From assembly GCA_034423035.1 (NCBI GenBank), contig DAOUJF010000025.1, positions 349 through 64,348 on the forward strand: a stretch of 64,000 bases of DNA, written 5' to 3'. The first letter of the stretch is position 1; the number at the start of each line of letters is the position of its first letter. Made by a program: the position numbers and the translations under genes. The stretch comes from Dehalococcoidia bacterium (GTDB taxonomy: Bacteria > Chloroflexota > Dehalococcoidia > Lucifugimonadales > VXLM01). The notes beneath the pieces are model-generated. The model made no database searches, was not told the origin of the DNA, and saw only the letters and a program-made list of their open reading frames with translations. Of this stretch, positions 63,171-64,000 are shown piece by piece.

Positions 63171-64000
63171 ATGGCTAGGCCACGATTGATCTATTACCAC
63201 GATTCGCGACACTACCTGATGTACAGGTTCGACCCTCCAATGAGTCTGCACCAGCTTCGGAAGCCGGTGGACGATCTCATCGGAACAGGTGTCGACACCC
63301 TGGTATACGGCACTGGCATGGGCCAGACGTTCCTGTACGACACTAAAGTCGGTATCAAGTTCGGCGAGAAGGCGTCGGAGCACAACCATGGTCTTGTCTG
63401 GTGGCGGGCGGCCGCAAACTTGGAATCCGCTCTCGAACGTGGGCTCGACCCATTCCAGATCGTCGTGGACCGGGCACACGAAAAAGGGATACGTGTGCTC
63501 GGCAGCATAAGAATCAACGACGGGGGCGCACCCGAAGGCAGCAACTACACCATCGGAAGGCTCAAGTACGAAAACCCCGATGTCATGATCGGCGAGGAAG
63601 ACCCCGACAGGCCCTACACCGCGACCGCATTGGACTTCGCAAGGGCCGAAGTCAGAGAGGAGCGGCTCAGCGTAATCGAGGAGGTCTGCGACCGCTACGG
63701 CGCGGACGGCGTGGAGATTGACGAGTATGTCCGCGTCTTCTTCAAACCGTCCGAGGTGGAACGGAACATTCCCATCCTCACCGAATGGATGCGGAGCGTT
63801 CGCGCCTTGCTCGACAACATCGGCCGTCGGCAGAGCAGGGAATTGTCCCTTGCAATTCGAGTGCATCCGAGCGAGCAGGCATGTCTGGACGTCGGGATGG
63901 ACGTGCGCACGTGGATACGGGAAGGCATAGTCGACTGGGTGACGCCGTTCGGAGACGTGACGATCATAGACCCGGTTCCTCACTTCGGCTGGATGGTTGA
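63171..64000 (+). CDS. Uncharacterised TIM-barrel-like protein, paralogue 3 (partial, runs off the window end)
   Basis: My own translation: MARPRLIYYHDSRHYLMYRFDPPMSLHQLRKPVDDLIGTGVDTLVYGTGMG.., collinear with 5949..7421 and 7495..8976. It is absent from the ORF track because no stop lies in the window. Confidence 0.7.
   Translation, partial: MARPRLIYYHDSRHYLMYRFDPPMSLHQLRKPVDDLIGTGVDTLVYGTGMGQTFLYDTKVGIKFGEKASEHNHGLVWWRAAANLESALERGLDPFQIVVDRAHEKGIRVLGSIRINDGGAPEGSNYTIGRLKYENPDVMIGEEDPDRPYTATALDFARAEVREERLSVIEEVCDRYGADGVEIDEYVRVFFKPSEVERNIPILTEWMRSVRALLDNIGRRQSRELSLAIRVHPSEQACLDVGMDVRTWIREGIVDWVTPFGDVTIIDPVPHFGWMV

Noticed and set aside
63084-63983. 299-aa ORF on the minus strand
   Set aside because: The plus strand here encodes a clear third paralogue of the 5949/7495 family, starting at ATG 63171 and open to the window end. 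The minus ORF is its shadow.

Overview
About 64 kb of high-GC (roughly 60% by eye), densely coding bacterial chromosome. I call about 65 protein genes, one canonical tRNA and no rRNA or CRISPR. All product calls come from motifs read in the supplied translations. No database search was run, so family names are recollection-based and start codons are approximate.

Housekeeping genes: dgt-like HD hydrolase, dnaG, rpoD, leuC, leuD, aspS, queF, selD and kbl.

The rest is mainly a large set of catabolic and redox enzymes:
- amidase, SDR, amidohydrolase-2 paralogues, CaiB-type CoA transferase, Gfo/Idh/MocA
- LLM flavin monooxygenase, formamidase, D-aminoacylase, M19 dipeptidase, nucleoside hydrolase
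- an AioBA-like molybdoenzyme

This enzyme mix plus the dispersed palindromic repeats is reminiscent of marine or sponge-associated Chloroflexota-like genomes. That is a low-confidence inference.

Accessory or unusual content:
1. The edge of a tRNA-Ala-associated integrative element (P4-type integrase plus AlpA).
2. An MntA/HepT toxin-antitoxin cassette wedged between leuC and leuD, flanked by an 11-bp direct repeat.
3. A higA cassette flanked by a decayed ~62-bp duplicate of the 3-prime end of the formamidase gene, followed by a small addiction-module islet (retropepsin-like protease, DUF2442, DUF4160).
4. A 1.25-kb AT-rich non-coding island with a strong promoter-like site, a 70-nt tRNA-like minihelix with alanine-type acceptor identity, and a 3 x 10-bp tandem repeat.
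5. A selD gene with an in-frame UGA (selenocysteine) and a SECIS-like hairpin, which the ORF track truncates.
6. Three tandem AIM24/TIGR00266 paralogues.
7. A PspA-PspAA pair with an upstream 60-aa two-helix membrane protein and a PAC2 protein.
8. Three paralogues of an uncharacterised TIM-barrel-like family.
9. Two orphan PD-(D/E)xK nuclease-like genes.
10. At least three families of dispersed palindromic intergenic repeats.

Many long ORFs in the track are antisense shadow ORFs typical of high-GC DNA and were rejected.
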